Shown here one piece after another: positions 10,792 through 20,956 of a stretch of 64,000 nt of DNA (positions within the stretch are counted from its first letter, which is position 1; the number at the start of each line of letters is the position of its first letter). Made by a program: the position numbers and the translations under genes. The notes beneath the pieces were generated by a model. That model did not search any database, had not been told where the DNA came from, and saw only the letters and a list, made by a program, of their open reading frames with translations. The DNA comes from Parcubacteria group bacterium (GTDB taxonomy: Bacteria > Patescibacteriota > Minisyncoccia > Phycocordibacterales > UBA2135), in the NCBI GenBank assembly GCA_016180525.1, contig JACPBB010000001.1, positions 75,320-139,319 of the forward strand. Reading direction: 5' to 3'.

Positions 10792-11682
10792 TTATAGTTT
10801 TTGCGCAATTCGAAGCTTTGCGCTCCGTGCTCGCGAATTTTGAGATACTTCTTCCCGTGAAGGAGTAATTGGTTTTTTTGTCAAAATTAAAATATTCCCC
10901 TCTCGTTCTTGTTTTTTAAAAAATTGTTTCGCGATCCGATCCTCAAGGCTATGAAATGAAATTACTCCGATCTTCCCCCCGCTGTTTAAAACTTGAAGTC
11001 CCTTCTCAAGCCCTTCCTTTAAAGCCGAGAGTTCATCATTAACCACAATCCGAATCGCCTGAAATGTCTTTGTCGCAGGATGTGTTTTTTCTCTCCTTCC
11101 TCCAATCGCCTTTTCTATAACTTCCGCAAGCTCATGAGCATATCCAATTCGTTTTATTTCTCTTCTTTTCACAATTGCGTGAGCAATGTCCCTCGCGCGC
11201 CGCTCTTCTCCATACTCTTGTATAATTTTCGCGATTTTCTTTTCATCCCAATAATTAACAATCTCATACGCCGTGAGCGCACCTTCCTTTGGATGAGCGG
11301 CAAAGGTCATGAGAAGTGGGTCTTTCGTGTGGAAGGAAAAACCTCTCCCTGACTCCGTAAGTTGCATGCTACTTAACCCAAGATCAAGTAAGACAATATC
11401 GGTTTTTTCCACCTTGCACACCTGAAGTGCCGTATCAATGTTTCTAAAATTGAGGCGTTGAAGACATAAACGACAAGGGAGTTTTTTTATTTTCTTTTCC
11501 GCCGTTCTTAATGCGTGTTCATCCTCATCAATGCCAATGAGAATTCCGCTTTCCCCTATTTTCTCCCCAAGTGCCTCAGCGTGCCCCCCGCCACCAAGCG
11601 TGCCGTCAACAACAATATCTCCTTCTTTGGGCAAAAGTCCTGCGATTGTTTCTTTTAAAAGAACCGGGGTGTGCTTAGTCAT
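10792..11682 (-). CDS. rsmH: 16S rRNA m4C1402 methyltransferase
   Basis: HTPVLL, DGTLGGGGH, DLGLSSMQL, HPATKTFQAIRI, ISFHSLEDR, RARSAKLR. Confidence 0.98.
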   Translation of the reverse strand: MTKHTPVLLKETIAGLLPKEGDIVVDGTLGGGGHAEALGEKIGESGILIGIDEDEHALRTAEKKIKKLPCRLCLQRLNFRNIDTALQVCKVEKTDIVLLDLGLSSMQLTESGRGFSFHTKDPLLMTFAAHPKEGALTAYEIVNYWDEKKIAKIIQEYGEERRARDIAHAIVKRREIKRIGYAHELAEVIEKAIGGRREKTHPATKTFQAIRIVVNDELSALKEGLEKGLQVLNSGGKIGVISFHSLEDRIAKQFFKKQEREGNILILTKKPITPSREEVSQNSRARSAKLRIAQKL

Positions 11683-11808
11683 ACTTATTCAAATCCTAAG
11701 CACTAAACTCTAAACAAATCTGTTTCATTTTGCATTTCTATCATTGAGATTTATTTAGAAATTAGAAATTAGGATTTAGAAATTCTCTTTAAAAATTTAT
11801 TTCAATTT

Positions 11809-12243
11809 TTAAAGAGCCCCTATCTCTCCAAGCTGCTCCGCAAGCATGTCAGCTTCTTTTTCACTCTGAGCGCGATATTCAATCCAGTTCTTTTCATCCC
11901 AAATTTCAACACGATCATTAACTCCGATAAGCACGATAGTATTTTTCAGTTCCGCAAAATCTTTAAGAAAATCTGGAACAAGAATTCGTCCGAGAGAATC
12001 AATCTGTGTATCTATCGCTCCACCAAGCACAAAACGGTTAAATCTCCTGCTTGCCGATTTTCCGACGGAAAGTTCTTTAAGTCGCGTCAAAAAACGTTGG
12101 AAGTTTTTTGGAGAATAAATAAAGAGACATGTATCAAGCCCTTTTGTTATTACAATGTTCTTTCCAAGTTCTTTCCGAAATTTTGAAGGCAATGAAAGTC
12201 GTTTCTTTGCATCAATCGTGTGTTTATATTCTCCGATAAGCAT
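11809..12243 (-). CDS. mraZ: Transcriptional regulator MraZ
   Basis: GEYKHTIDAKKRLSLP, D..GRILVP, RVEIW. Confidence 0.97.
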   Translation of the reverse strand: MLIGEYKHTIDAKKRLSLPSKFRKELGKNIVITKGLDTCLFIYSPKNFQRFLTRLKELSVGKSASRRFNRFVLGGAIDTQIDSLGRILVPDFLKDFAELKNTIVLIGVNDRVEIWDEKNWIEYRAQSEKEADMLAEQLGEIGAL

Positions 12244-12400
12244 GGTAAGTCGCGGAGTACCAAGAGGCGCGGAGAGAAAGAAAGCTTTACAAAACTGTCA
12301 TAAAGTAAAGTATTTCAATCTACGCCTCTTGCTCCACTTAATTCATCAAACTAGCGCAGTTAAGTGAGAATATTTTTACATGGGTTCAGAATGTGTAAAT

Positions 12401-12447
12401 ACCACTTTATACCACGCAATATAAATTATATACCACTTTATTCCACA
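12401..12447 (-). promoter_or_regulatory. mraZ promoter with MraZ-box repeats
   Basis: Four GTGG units on the minus strand (CCAC at 12402, 12412, 12433, 12443; spacing 10/21/10) around a TATAAT at 12425-12430. Confidence 0.75.
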
Positions 12448-12541
12448 ACAACATGTTGAAAACTTTCAAAATAACTCCATAAAAAGAAGAAACGCTTCAA
12501 AATGTGTTGTTTTTAAAGCATTTTTTAAAAAATACCATCTC

Positions 12542-12550
12542 TGTGGATAA
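12542..12550 (-). promoter_or_regulatory. Consensus DnaA box upstream of the dcw operon
   Basis: TGTGGATAA is the reverse complement of TTATCCACA. Confidence 0.5.
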
Positions 12551-12615
12551 GTTGTGGGAAAACCAACTTTTTATTAAAAAAACCGCCCTAATTTGTAATT
12601 TAGAGCGATTTGTGA

Positions 12616-12825
12616 TCACCATGTACCAACCTCTCTATTCCCTGGAGGTATTAACGTAATAATCCCCTTTTCTCCCGGATCAATTTCCACAAGAGTATAA
12701 CCATTCGAGAATTCTTTTCCGTGTTCTTCGTCAATTAAACGCCGCGCCTCCATTTCATCTTCCGCCGTAACCAATACCACCTGTGAAACTCCATAAAAAT
12801 TCATCCCGAAATAAAACACATGCAT
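12616..12825 (-). CDS. Small hypothetical protein
   Basis: 69 aa ORF with an AAGGGG SD-like sequence upstream. Confidence 0.55.
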   Translation of the reverse strand: MHVFYFGMNFYGVSQVVLVTAEDEMEARRLIDEEHGKEFSNGYTLVEIDPGEKGIITLIPPGNREVGTW

Positions 12826-12880
12826 ATTTTATCCCCTTCAGATATTTCTCACACTAGCTTAATGAAACACTGCTTTGAAG

Positions 12881-13465
12881 TCAAGGTTTATTTTTATATT
12901 TTTTCCAAAGGGACCTCCAGCCTTTTTTAAACACTGCCATAAGTATTTCATCTTCATATCGTCCGTTTTTATATATCTCCCGAACACAGCATCCCTCAAC
13001 GATAAATCCACATTTATGATAACAAGCCTGTCCGCGTTTATTGTTGCCGAGTACCGACAGTGTGATCTTCCGAAGATTAAGCGCGTTAAACGCGTAATCA
13101 AGAAGAAGCATGATCGCCTCCGTGCCAATTCCTTTATTCCAATATTTTTTCTCTCCAATCGCAATGCCGAGAACTCCGGTTCTGTCTTTCCAGTGTATCC
13201 TGTGAAGTCCCACTGTACCGAGAGAAACACCGCCAATAGTTTCTATTACAAATACAATATCTGTTTCTTTGTTTTTTTGTAAGCTCTCAAGCCACAGCTC
13301 TTCATCTCTTTCATACACAGGAAGATATCGGTTTAGATAACCGTTTATTTCCGGGTCATTAAACCATACCAAAAATTTTGGAATGTCTGCTTTTGTCGGC
13401 GGTCTAAGAATTATATTTTTTCCCGTCCGTATTGCGGGCCGCAACAATTTGGTTTCATTTGGCAT
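12881..13465 (-). CDS. GNAT N-acetyltransferase, RimJ/RimL/SpeG type
   Basis: IILRP, GIAIGEKKYWNKGIGTEA, LNLRKI, N..G..CYHKCGF..EG. Confidence 0.9.
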   Translation of the reverse strand: MPNETKLLRPAIRTGKNIILRPPTKADIPKFLVWFNDPEINGYLNRYLPVYERDEELWLESLQKNKETDIVFVIETIGGVSLGTVGLHRIHWKDRTGVLGIAIGEKKYWNKGIGTEAIMLLLDYAFNALNLRKITLSVLGNNKRGQACYHKCGFIVEGCCVREIYKNGRYEDEILMAVFKKGWRSLWKKYKNKP

Positions 13466-13779
13466 GGGAACCTCCTTTTTTGCCAAAGAACAATGCTGAA
13501 TGAAAAACCTCGGCTTTCATTCAGCCGAGGTTTTTCTAAAAAATAGTTCAAAAATTTAAATAGAATTAAAACTACCACGGCTAAATAAAAGAATGTGTAT
13601 TTCTGCAGAAAGCCATACAGAAATACCCCCACGTGTTTGTGCGGTCATAAAATTATTTGTATTGTGGCAGTGTTTTTTATACATAACCCCAGATTACTCT
13701 GAAGAAAATTTTTGTCAATAAATTGAAAAACGGGCTCGGGGAATTGCTCCCTCGAGCCCGTATTAGTTTTTTTGTTAGT

Positions 13780-16311
13780 TTACTTCGTAACTAAAGCTGT
13801 CATGCCACACCCAGAACAAGTAAGTGTGAGCACCTGTCCCAGCCTGCTGTAACCCTGAAATTGCTTTCTGGTCACATGAGCTACCACGCCGCATCCAACG
13901 CACTGAAACTCACGTGCTTTCACTGGAGTAAATACAACATTTTTTTTCTCTGCTGGTTTTTCTTCCTTTGGTTTTTGAGGGTAGACAATCTTCGGAGTTT
14001 CGGATATAGACGATGTTTTCATCTCTCCGCGAAATTCATAAGCAGCAAACGCTTTTCTTTCTTCATCTTCTGCTCCCAAAAATGAAAATAAAGGAAACTG
14101 CGGATCTGCTACCATGTCTCCTCCAAATGAAGAAGTGCGAATTTTACAGTAATATACTTTTCTTACAAGCGGATTTACGGCTGGCAGAGTTTCAAGTTGA
14201 TACCGAACACCATCACACACTGCTTCCATAGAAAAATGTCCGGGCCTAAAGACAAGTGGAACCCAACTATTTTTCTGCGCTTCGGCGATACAGTTCTCCT
14301 GAATCTTTCGTGCCTCTGCAACGGAAACATCTGACTCTCGAATCCCGACTTTTGTTTCCTGCTCTTCTCCTCGGTAATCATTGTAACGATAGAGAATCTC
14401 TTGCTGTACGCTGGCAATAGGATCCCCCTCAAAACATGAGACAATCCGTTGTAAGCCATAGCGGAAACGTGACGGTGCAAGTTCCGGAAGCCATGCGGCT
14501 TCCACGCTTGAAACAGTGCGCGCGAAGCGTTTCGTCGTCTCTACAATCTCGGAAGCAACCATCCATGTTGGACTGCCAAAGCCAAACACGGATGAGCCTG
14601 GGTGAATAAAGATTTCCTGTAAATCTCGCATCACTCCGCTATAAGCATGCCGTGAGCCGTGTCGGAACAAATTGTAAGCGAGACCTGCGGCCACTGATTT
14701 CATGACCACGTTCTTATCTTCTGATTCAGTGATCTCAACGCCACTTCTCTCCAAAATGGAGAGCAATTGCTCACGGATATTTTTCGCCTCCCAAAGTGAC
14801 TTAGAGTGTAGAAAATTTTTGAAACACCAATCTCTGTCAAATTCAGACTCTTCGTACGCCTTCCATGCGTTCAAAAATGTGAGCGCGTCTGATTTAGGAT
14901 TCTTGAATTGCGTATGTGCCCTGTCTGCTTCATACTCCTTATCTTTTGGACGAGGGAACACGGAGCGAACAGAGAAAAACGCCGCAATTGTTGCGATGTT
15001 TTTAACACATCCATGCTTTTTCGCCTCAAGAACCATTCGTGCTATTTTCGGGTCAAGCGGCAAACGGGCCATTTCCCGGCCCATGTCAGTAAGCCCTTTC
15101 TCCCCAGGCTTAATCGCGCCGAGAGCGATTAAAGTCTCATACGCTTCGTGGAATGCTTCGCTGTCAGGCGGATCAATAAAGTCAAAATCCGCTACATTTT
15201 CAATACCGATTGATTCCATCAAAAGCACCACACCCGCAAGACTAATTCGCCGGATTTCCGGCTCAGTAAACAGGGGGCGTCTGTTGAAATTCTTCTCGGT
15301 GTACATCCTGAAACAAAAGCCTGGACCAGTTCTTCCCGCACGCCCCGTCCGCTGATTACATCCCGCCTGAGAGTGATGTACGACATCCAGACTCTCTATG
15401 CCGGATTCAGGATGGAAATGCTTCTGCTTCACGAATCCCGAATCAATAACATAGACGATTCCGTCAATTGTGATAGAAGTCTCCGCGATGTTTGTCGCAA
15501 CTACAACTTTTCGTTTTCCGGGAAAAGAGTGGAATATTTTTTGCTGATCTTCTGGAGAAAGTCCCGCGTGAACGGGTAGGATCATAAGATTTGAGACCAC
15601 AGACTGCTTCAGCAACTCTACCACCTCTCCAATATCCTTCGCCCCGGTCATAAAGACCAGCACATCTCCTTCTGCTTCAGTTCTGTGAATGTTCAAGATC
15701 TTTTCAGAGATCGCGCATGCGATAGTTTCTTCAGAATAATCCCTGTCTGCCCAGACGATATCAACCGGATACATCCTGCCGGATACTTCAATGACTGGAG
15801 CGCCACCAAAGTACTGAGAGAATTTTTCCGCATCAATCGTTGCCGAAGAAACGACAACCGTAAGGTCGTCACGTCGCTTAAGTAGATTTTTCAGAAGCCC
15901 GAGAATGAAGTCAATATTGCAGCTGCGCTCATGCGCTTCGTCCACCATAATGACGGAGTACTTGCGTAAGTCAGGGTCAACCTGAAACTCTCGCAAAAGA
16001 ATTCCATCGGTCATAAACTTGATGGGGGTCTCACCGTCCGTTCGGTCATCAAACCGAACCTGATAGCCGACCACCTTACCAAGTTCCGAACCCATCTCTT
16101 CTGCAACGAAGCGGGCAACCGAAGTTGCCGCAATTCGTCGCGGTTCGGTGATGCCAATGACACCACCCTCGCCGATACCTGATTCGTAGAGAAAACGAGG
16201 AAGCAGAGTTGTTTTGCCTGACCCCGTCTCTCCCACTACAATCACGACACTATTCTCGCGCGCCGCATTCACAATTTCTTCACGGTGAGCAAAAATTGGA
16301 AGTTCTAACAT
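13780..16311 (-). CDS. hrpA: HrpA-like DEAH-box RNA helicase with C-terminal Zn ribbon
   Basis: GETGSGKTT, TEPRRIAA, DEAHER, SAT, ATNIAETSITIDG, QRTGRAGR, HA2 and OB domains, C-terminal CVGC...CSGC. Confidence 0.9.
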   Translation of the reverse strand: MLELPIFAHREEIVNAARENSVVIVVGETGSGKTTLLPRFLYESGIGEGGVIGITEPRRIAATSVARFVAEEMGSELGKVVGYQVRFDDRTDGETPIKFMTDGILLREFQVDPDLRKYSVIMVDEAHERSCNIDFILGLLKNLLKRRDDLTVVVSSATIDAEKFSQYFGGAPVIEVSGRMYPVDIVWADRDYSEETIACAISEKILNIHRTEAEGDVLVFMTGAKDIGEVVELLKQSVVSNLMILPVHAGLSPEDQQKIFHSFPGKRKVVVATNIAETSITIDGIVYVIDSGFVKQKHFHPESGIESLDVVHHSQAGCNQRTGRAGRTGPGFCFRMYTEKNFNRRPLFTEPEIRRISLAGVVLLMESIGIENVADFDFIDPPDSEAFHEAYETLIALGAIKPGEKGLTDMGREMARLPLDPKIARMVLEAKKHGCVKNIATIAAFFSVRSVFPRPKDKEYEADRAHTQFKNPKSDALTFLNAWKAYEESEFDRDWCFKNFLHSKSLWEAKNIREQLLSILERSGVEITESEDKNVVMKSVAAGLAYNLFRHGSRHAYSGVMRDLQEIFIHPGSSVFGFGSPTWMVASEIVETTKRFARTVSSVEAAWLPELAPSRFRYGLQRIVSCFEGDPIASVQQEILYRYNDYRGEEQETKVGIRESDVSVAEARKIQENCIAEAQKNSWVPLVFRPGHFSMEAVCDGVRYQLETLPAVNPLVRKVYYCKIRTSSFGGDMVADPQFPLFSFLGAEDEERKAFAAYEFRGEMKTSSISETPKIVYPQKPKEEKPAEKKNVVFTPVKAREFQCVGCGVVAHVTRKQFQGYSRLGQVLTLTCSGCGMTALVTK

Positions 16312-16503
16312 CTAATCTCTCCCACGAGCGGCGCGACTTCAGCTTTTAAACCGAAGTGCCTTGCCACTCGCGCGCACTACGTGCACTTCCTTTTGATGCA
16401 ATCGCAAGGCATGCGGGCAAGGCTACCCATGGTGAAAGGCGCTTATTCAACTCACTCAAAGAACAATTGCTACAAATTATACATAAAAATATATATTTGT
16501 CAA
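16312..16503 (-). promoter_or_regulatory. sigma70 promoter plus structured GC-rich 5' leader of the helicase gene
   Basis: TTGACA (16503-16498)-N16-TATAAT (16481-16476), followed by about 155 nt with several stems. Confidence 0.7.
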
Positions 16504-16566
16504 CAATTTGACAGCGGTGAGTATTAATACTATTTTAGATTAAGAACCAGAAAAAAGGCATACACA

Positions 16567-16995
16567 ATGTCCAAAGAATCTGAAAGCATATTGCGTGGAG
16601 TGCGAGAAGCGTTTCTTATTGCCCAAGGGGAAATAACCTCCCCGCACGAAACTCGCATAACTGTGCATGGCGAACGGATGGTAACACGAACAATTGAATA
16701 CGGAGTGGAAACTCGCTGTGAAATAGGCCTTCTGCCGCGGTCGGAATGGAAACCATTCTGTTTTGAAGATAGAGAGGGCGCAAAAACACTAATTCTCTCT
16801 CCCGCAAAATGGGTCGAGATGCGAGATTCCTATCGCAGTTTAAGGAAAGATGGGAGTGTTTCATGGCTACACCTCGCAAGAGCTTGCCCCTTGAGTTTAT
16901 ATGATGACGTTCCTTATTTTGGTTTCAACGCTAACGTGCATTGCGGCTCGCTCACATTTGGCGAATGGGCAGAGCAAAACGGCATTAATCTTTAA
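16567..16995 (+). CDS. Hypothetical protein
   Basis: TTGACA at 16508, 142 aa ORF, terminator gccacc/ggtggt-T-run at about 17011-17034. Confidence 0.65.
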   Translation: MSKESESILRGVREAFLIAQGEITSPHETRITVHGERMVTRTIEYGVETRCEIGLLPRSEWKPFCFEDREGAKTLILSPAKWVEMRDSYRSLRKDGSVSWLHLARACPLSLYDDVPYFGFNANVHCGSLTFGEWAEQNGINL

Positions 16996-17032
16996 ATATA
17001 AAAAACAAAAGCCACCCAAGCGGGTGGTTTTT

Positions 17033-18502
17033 TTATTCCTTCTGCCGCATTGTAGGAAAGAGGATGATGTCTTTGATGTTGTGCGTGTCTGTAAGAAGCA
17101 TCGTAAGCCGATCTAATCCGATGCCAACACCCCCTGCCGGAGGCATGCCATATTCAAGCGCCTCAAGAAAATCTTCGTCAACTTGCTGAGCATCTTTTTC
17201 TCCTTGTATGCGTTTTTCTTCCTGTGCAAGAAGGCGCGTGCGCTGGTCAAGCGGGTCATTCAATTCAGAAAATCCTTTCACAAACTCTATCCCTCCGGCT
17301 ACAAGCTGGAACGCGTCAACCAACTCCGCATCCCCCTCTTTTTTCTTGGCAAGCGGGAGCATGTGCGCAGGATAGTCAACAATAAACGTCGGCTGGATAA
17401 TTTTCGGCCTGCATGCTTTTTTATAAATATTGTCCATAATTTTTTCTCTGCTATCAGATTTGGTGATTGGCACACCGAGCTGTTGTGCCTTTAACGCTAA
17501 TTCTTCTCGCTTCGATGATTCTGGATTTAAAAGAAGCGCGTATTGCTTCAAAATAGAATAGTACGTAACTCGCTTGAATGGTTTACCAAAATCAAGGGTG
17601 TTTTTATTATACGGAAACGTAGCTTTTCCAAGGAGTTTCTTAACAATTTCCTTGAGCATTTTTTCCGTCCGTTTCATTTGGCTCTCCGCCGTTCCGTAAC
17701 TTTCATAAAATTCAATCATTGTGAATTCCGGATAATGCGTTACGTCAATACCTTCGTTTCGAAATGCTTTGTATATTTCATACACCCGCGGAACATTGCC
17801 CACTAAAAGCCGTTTAAGATAGAGCTCGTTTGAAATACGCAAATATAAATCAACATCAAGCGCGTTGTGATGCGTCGTAAATGGCTCCGCGGAAGCTCCG
17901 CCATAGAGCGGCTGAAGTGTTGGGGTTTCAACTTCCAAAAAATCATCTTCGTCAAGAAATCGACGGATTTCTTGAATCATTTTAGAGCGCAACACAAAAC
18001 GGCCTCGGGATTCCTCTGATGAGAGAATATCTAAATATCTCTTTCTGAATTTTTCTTCCACATCTTGAAGCCCGTGCCATTTTTCCGGAAGCGGGCGCAA
18101 TGCTTTGCCAATCATTTTCCAACTTGAAACAGAGAGTGTTTGCTCGCCTTTTTTTGTTTTAAAGAAACTTCCAGAAACTTCTACAAAATCTCCAATATCC
18201 ACAAAATCTACAAAGTTAGAAAATTGTTCCGGCTCCATTTCATCTTTTTTACAAAGCCCCTGAAAAACCCCTGTACCGTCCGTAAAATTAAAAAAAATAA
18301 TTTTTCCCTGCCCGCGGAGCGCGGTTATTCTTCCAACTAAAAAGAGTAATTTTTTCCGCTTTGAAAGTTTTTGAAATTGTTCATGCGCCTCCTCAATCGT
18401 TACGTCGCGCCGAGACAGAACGGGATATGAATTAATACCCTTTTCACTGAGGGCTTGTAATTTTTTTATTCGTTCATTTCGCAGTTCTTCAATAGAGACC
18501 AT
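17033..18502 (-). CDS. lysS: Lysyl-tRNA synthetase (class II)
   Basis: LPEKWHGLQD, RKRYLD, EVETP, FRNEGID..HYPEFT, EYGMPPAGGVGIGLDRL. Confidence 0.98.
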   Translation of the reverse strand: MVSIEELRNERIKKLQALSEKGINSYPVLSRRDVTIEEAHEQFQKLSKRKKLLFLVGRITALRGQGKIIFFNFTDGTGVFQGLCKKDEMEPEQFSNFVDFVDIGDFVEVSGSFFKTKKGEQTLSVSSWKMIGKALRPLPEKWHGLQDVEEKFRKRYLDILSSEESRGRFVLRSKMIQEIRRFLDEDDFLEVETPTLQPLYGGASAEPFTTHHNALDVDLYLRISNELYLKRLLVGNVPRVYEIYKAFRNEGIDVTHYPEFTMIEFYESYGTAESQMKRTEKMLKEIVKKLLGKATFPYNKNTLDFGKPFKRVTYYSILKQYALLLNPESSKREELALKAQQLGVPITKSDSREKIMDNIYKKACRPKIIQPTFIVDYPAHMLPLAKKKEGDAELVDAFQLVAGGIEFVKGFSELNDPLDQRTRLLAQEEKRIQGEKDAQQVDEDFLEALEYGMPPAGGVGIGLDRLTMLLTDTHNIKDIILFPTMRQKE

Positions 18503-18660
18503 GCCAAATTTTTAAAAATTTTAGAATGATAATGAATAAAATTTTCTTAAAATTTGAGCACCCTATTAAATAAAATTTGTTTTACAAATTTTAAATTTTC
18601 TTTAAAAATTTATTTAACAGGGTTGAATAAATCATAGTCGCTCTGCTCCTTGATTTATTC
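18503..18660. repeat. Nested REP-like palindromes between greA and lysS
   Basis: ccaaattt..aaatttg, gagcaccc, accctattaaat..atttaacagggt, gaataaatca..tgatttattc (overlaps the greA stop). Confidence 0.75.
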
Positions 18661-19125
18661 AACACTCACAATCACATACGGCACTTCCCCATTTGGAGTT
18701 TTAACAAAAGCGCGATCACCTTTCTTTTTTCCAATAAGCGCAGCCCCTAAAGGAGAACGATTTGAAATCTTTCCTTGAGCCATATTTGACTCCTCAGAAC
18801 CAACAATGCGATATGTTTTTTTCATCTGGTCCCCTTCTTTTTCTACCGTTACCGTTGAGCCAATATTAATAACCCCACCCTTGTAATCAGAAACAATAAT
18901 TGCGGAGCGAAGAAGTGCCTCAATGACTGAGATACGGTCTTCAACTTCAGTTTGAAGCCTTCCTGCTTCCTGGTATTCAGCATTTTCAGACAAATCACCC
19001 AAAGAACGGGCATATTCTAAACTCTCCGCCACCTCTTTGCGTTTTTCTGTTTTAAGATACTCAAGCTCTTTTTTTAAGTCTTCAAGCTTCTCTTTGCTTA
19101 AATATGTTTTTTCTTCATTTGCCAT
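18655..19125 (-). CDS. greA: Transcription elongation factor GreA
   Basis: ARSLGDLSENAEY, ISNRSPLGAALIG. Confidence 0.97.
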   Translation of the reverse strand: MANEEKTYLSKEKLEDLKKELEYLKTEKRKEVAESLEYARSLGDLSENAEYQEAGRLQTEVEDRISVIEALLRSAIIVSDYKGGVINIGSTVTVEKEGDQMKKTYRIVGSEESNMAQGKISNRSPLGAALIGKKKGDRAFVKTPNGEVPYVIVSVE

Positions 19126-19257
19126 TCATTTAAGATTTAGGTGTTTAGGATTTAGTTGCGTCTAAACGCTGTACGCTAGCCGCTAAACACTTCGGTGTTT
19201 TGATAGTTTCCTAATTGTATAGCCTCCCACGTTAACAGTCAATATAAGCAAACGTAT

Positions 19258-20952
19258 TTAGCGCATATATTGAGGAGTGTTTATAGACATCCACTCAAGC
19301 ATCTGTCGCATTACGTATGGAGCGCCAATAAGATTTTTGGGATTACCGCGCTCCATAACAATTGCAAACGCATAGCGAGGTTTTTCATACGGGAAAAATC
19401 CGATAACCCATGAATTTACAAATTTTTTAAGTGTTCCAACTTCAGCAGTTCCGGTCTTTGCGGCAACAGAAATTAGAGGAATATTTAGCGCGCTTGCGGT
19501 ACCGGAACGTACTGATTCTTGAAGTCCTTCTTGCACAACAGTAAAATATTCAGCCGGTATTTTAATACGACTATCTTTCCCTGCTGTTAATTTTATATAT
19601 TCATTTTCGGCGACAATGTGCGGAGTAAGCAACATTCCCTTATTGGCAATCGCCGCAATAGCTCGAACCGCCTGAATCGGTGTTACCTGAAAGCCATATT
19701 GGCCAATTGCCGTGTTATATGTGTCTCCGATTCTCCACTCATCGTTAAATACTGTTTCCTTCCACTCAGGAGATGGGATAGTGCCCGCTTCTTCTCCGTA
19801 TATGTCTATGCCGGTTTCTTGTCCAAATCCAAACAGACGCATATATTGCTCAATCCTGCCAATGCCGAGACCTTTCTGGTCTTCAAATCCACCGCCCACT
19901 TCATAAAAATAAACATTAGAAGAATGCGCAAGTGCAGAGCGAACATCAACCCATCCGTGCGCCTTCCAATCTTTAAACACAGACTCTTGATTTAGAAGAT
20001 ATGGATGTGGCACAGAAATAGAACCTGTGCTTAAGATTTTCTCAGTCTCGCCAATCACTTTCTCATTAAGGGCGGCGATCGCGATAAATGGCTTTACAAT
20101 TGAGCCGGGAGTATAGACACCGGAGACTACTCTGTTTAAAAACGGCTTGCGGCTGTCAGTAACAAACTCTTTTATTTTTTCCGCATTCTTTCCTTGTGTT
20201 AAAATATTTGATTTGTATTCCGGAAAACTGACAAGGGCGAGTATTTCTCCATTTTCCACATCCATGATAACTCCGGCACCGCCGACGAACTCAACATTCT
20301 CCGCGAGATTTTTAATAAAATTAAACAATGCCTCAGATACTGCGATATCGATTGAAAGAGTAATGCTCTCCCCGTCTTGTGGGGGTCGAGTTGCGCTTTC
20401 GGATTCTGTTTCCCCAATGGCATTCGTCTCTATGATTTTAACCCCATAAGAACCCGCGAGCGTCTCTCCGTAAAAACGCTCTACTCCGTCTTTACCTTCA
20501 ATTTCTTTTTGATAAAAATATCCGTCCGTATCTTTTGCCGGATAACTCACATACCCAAGAACATGCGCGAGGCCGCTTGTACTATTATATGCACGCAATG
20601 AAAATTCCCCCGGAGAATCATTGGGTACATTATCCGCGAGTTTTATGCCGTTTCTGTCAAAGATAATTCCGCGCTCACTCCAGAGAATAGTGTGTCGAAG
20701 CGTGTTGCTCAGAGAAGCATTTTTATAATAGTCGGCACGCAAAATTTGCAAATCCACGGCTTTAGAGCCAAACACAAGCGCGACGAGCAAGAAAAAGAGA
20801 CCCACGCCTAAAAACGGCGCCTTACTAAGTGGCCGTTCGATTCTCCCTTCAAATTGATGGCGGTCAAACTCCGGAGAATTATGAGAATCCAAAAAAATCT
20901 CATCCGGGTCAATCTCATGCCCATATTTTTTTTTATTTTTTCTAAAAATCAT
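19258..20952 (-). CDS. mrdA: Penicillin-binding protein 2
   Basis: RGIIFDRNG, PGSIVK, SSNVYFY, IGQ, KTGTAE; downstream of mreBCD. Confidence 0.9.
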   Translation of the reverse strand: MIFRKNKKKYGHEIDPDEIFLDSHNSPEFDRHQFEGRIERPLSKAPFLGVGLFFLLVALVFGSKAVDLQILRADYYKNASLSNTLRHTILWSERGIIFDRNGIKLADNVPNDSPGEFSLRAYNSTSGLAHVLGYVSYPAKDTDGYFYQKEIEGKDGVERFYGETLAGSYGVKIIETNAIGETESESATRPPQDGESITLSIDIAVSEALFNFIKNLAENVEFVGGAGVIMDVENGEILALVSFPEYKSNILTQGKNAEKIKEFVTDSRKPFLNRVVSGVYTPGSIVKPFIAIAALNEKVIGETEKILSTGSISVPHPYLLNQESVFKDWKAHGWVDVRSALAHSSNVYFYEVGGGFEDQKGLGIGRIEQYMRLFGFGQETGIDIYGEEAGTIPSPEWKETVFNDEWRIGDTYNTAIGQYGFQVTPIQAVRAIAAIANKGMLLTPHIVAENEYIKLTAGKDSRIKIPAEYFTVVQEGLQESVRSGTASALNIPLISVAAKTGTAEVGTLKKFVNSWVIGFFPYEKPRYAFAIVMERGNPKNLIGAPYVMRQMLEWMSINTPQYMR

Positions 20953-20956
20953 ACGC

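Noticed and set aside
12542-12550. Replication origin
   Set aside because: Only one perfect DnaA box and no dnaA/dnaN nearby.
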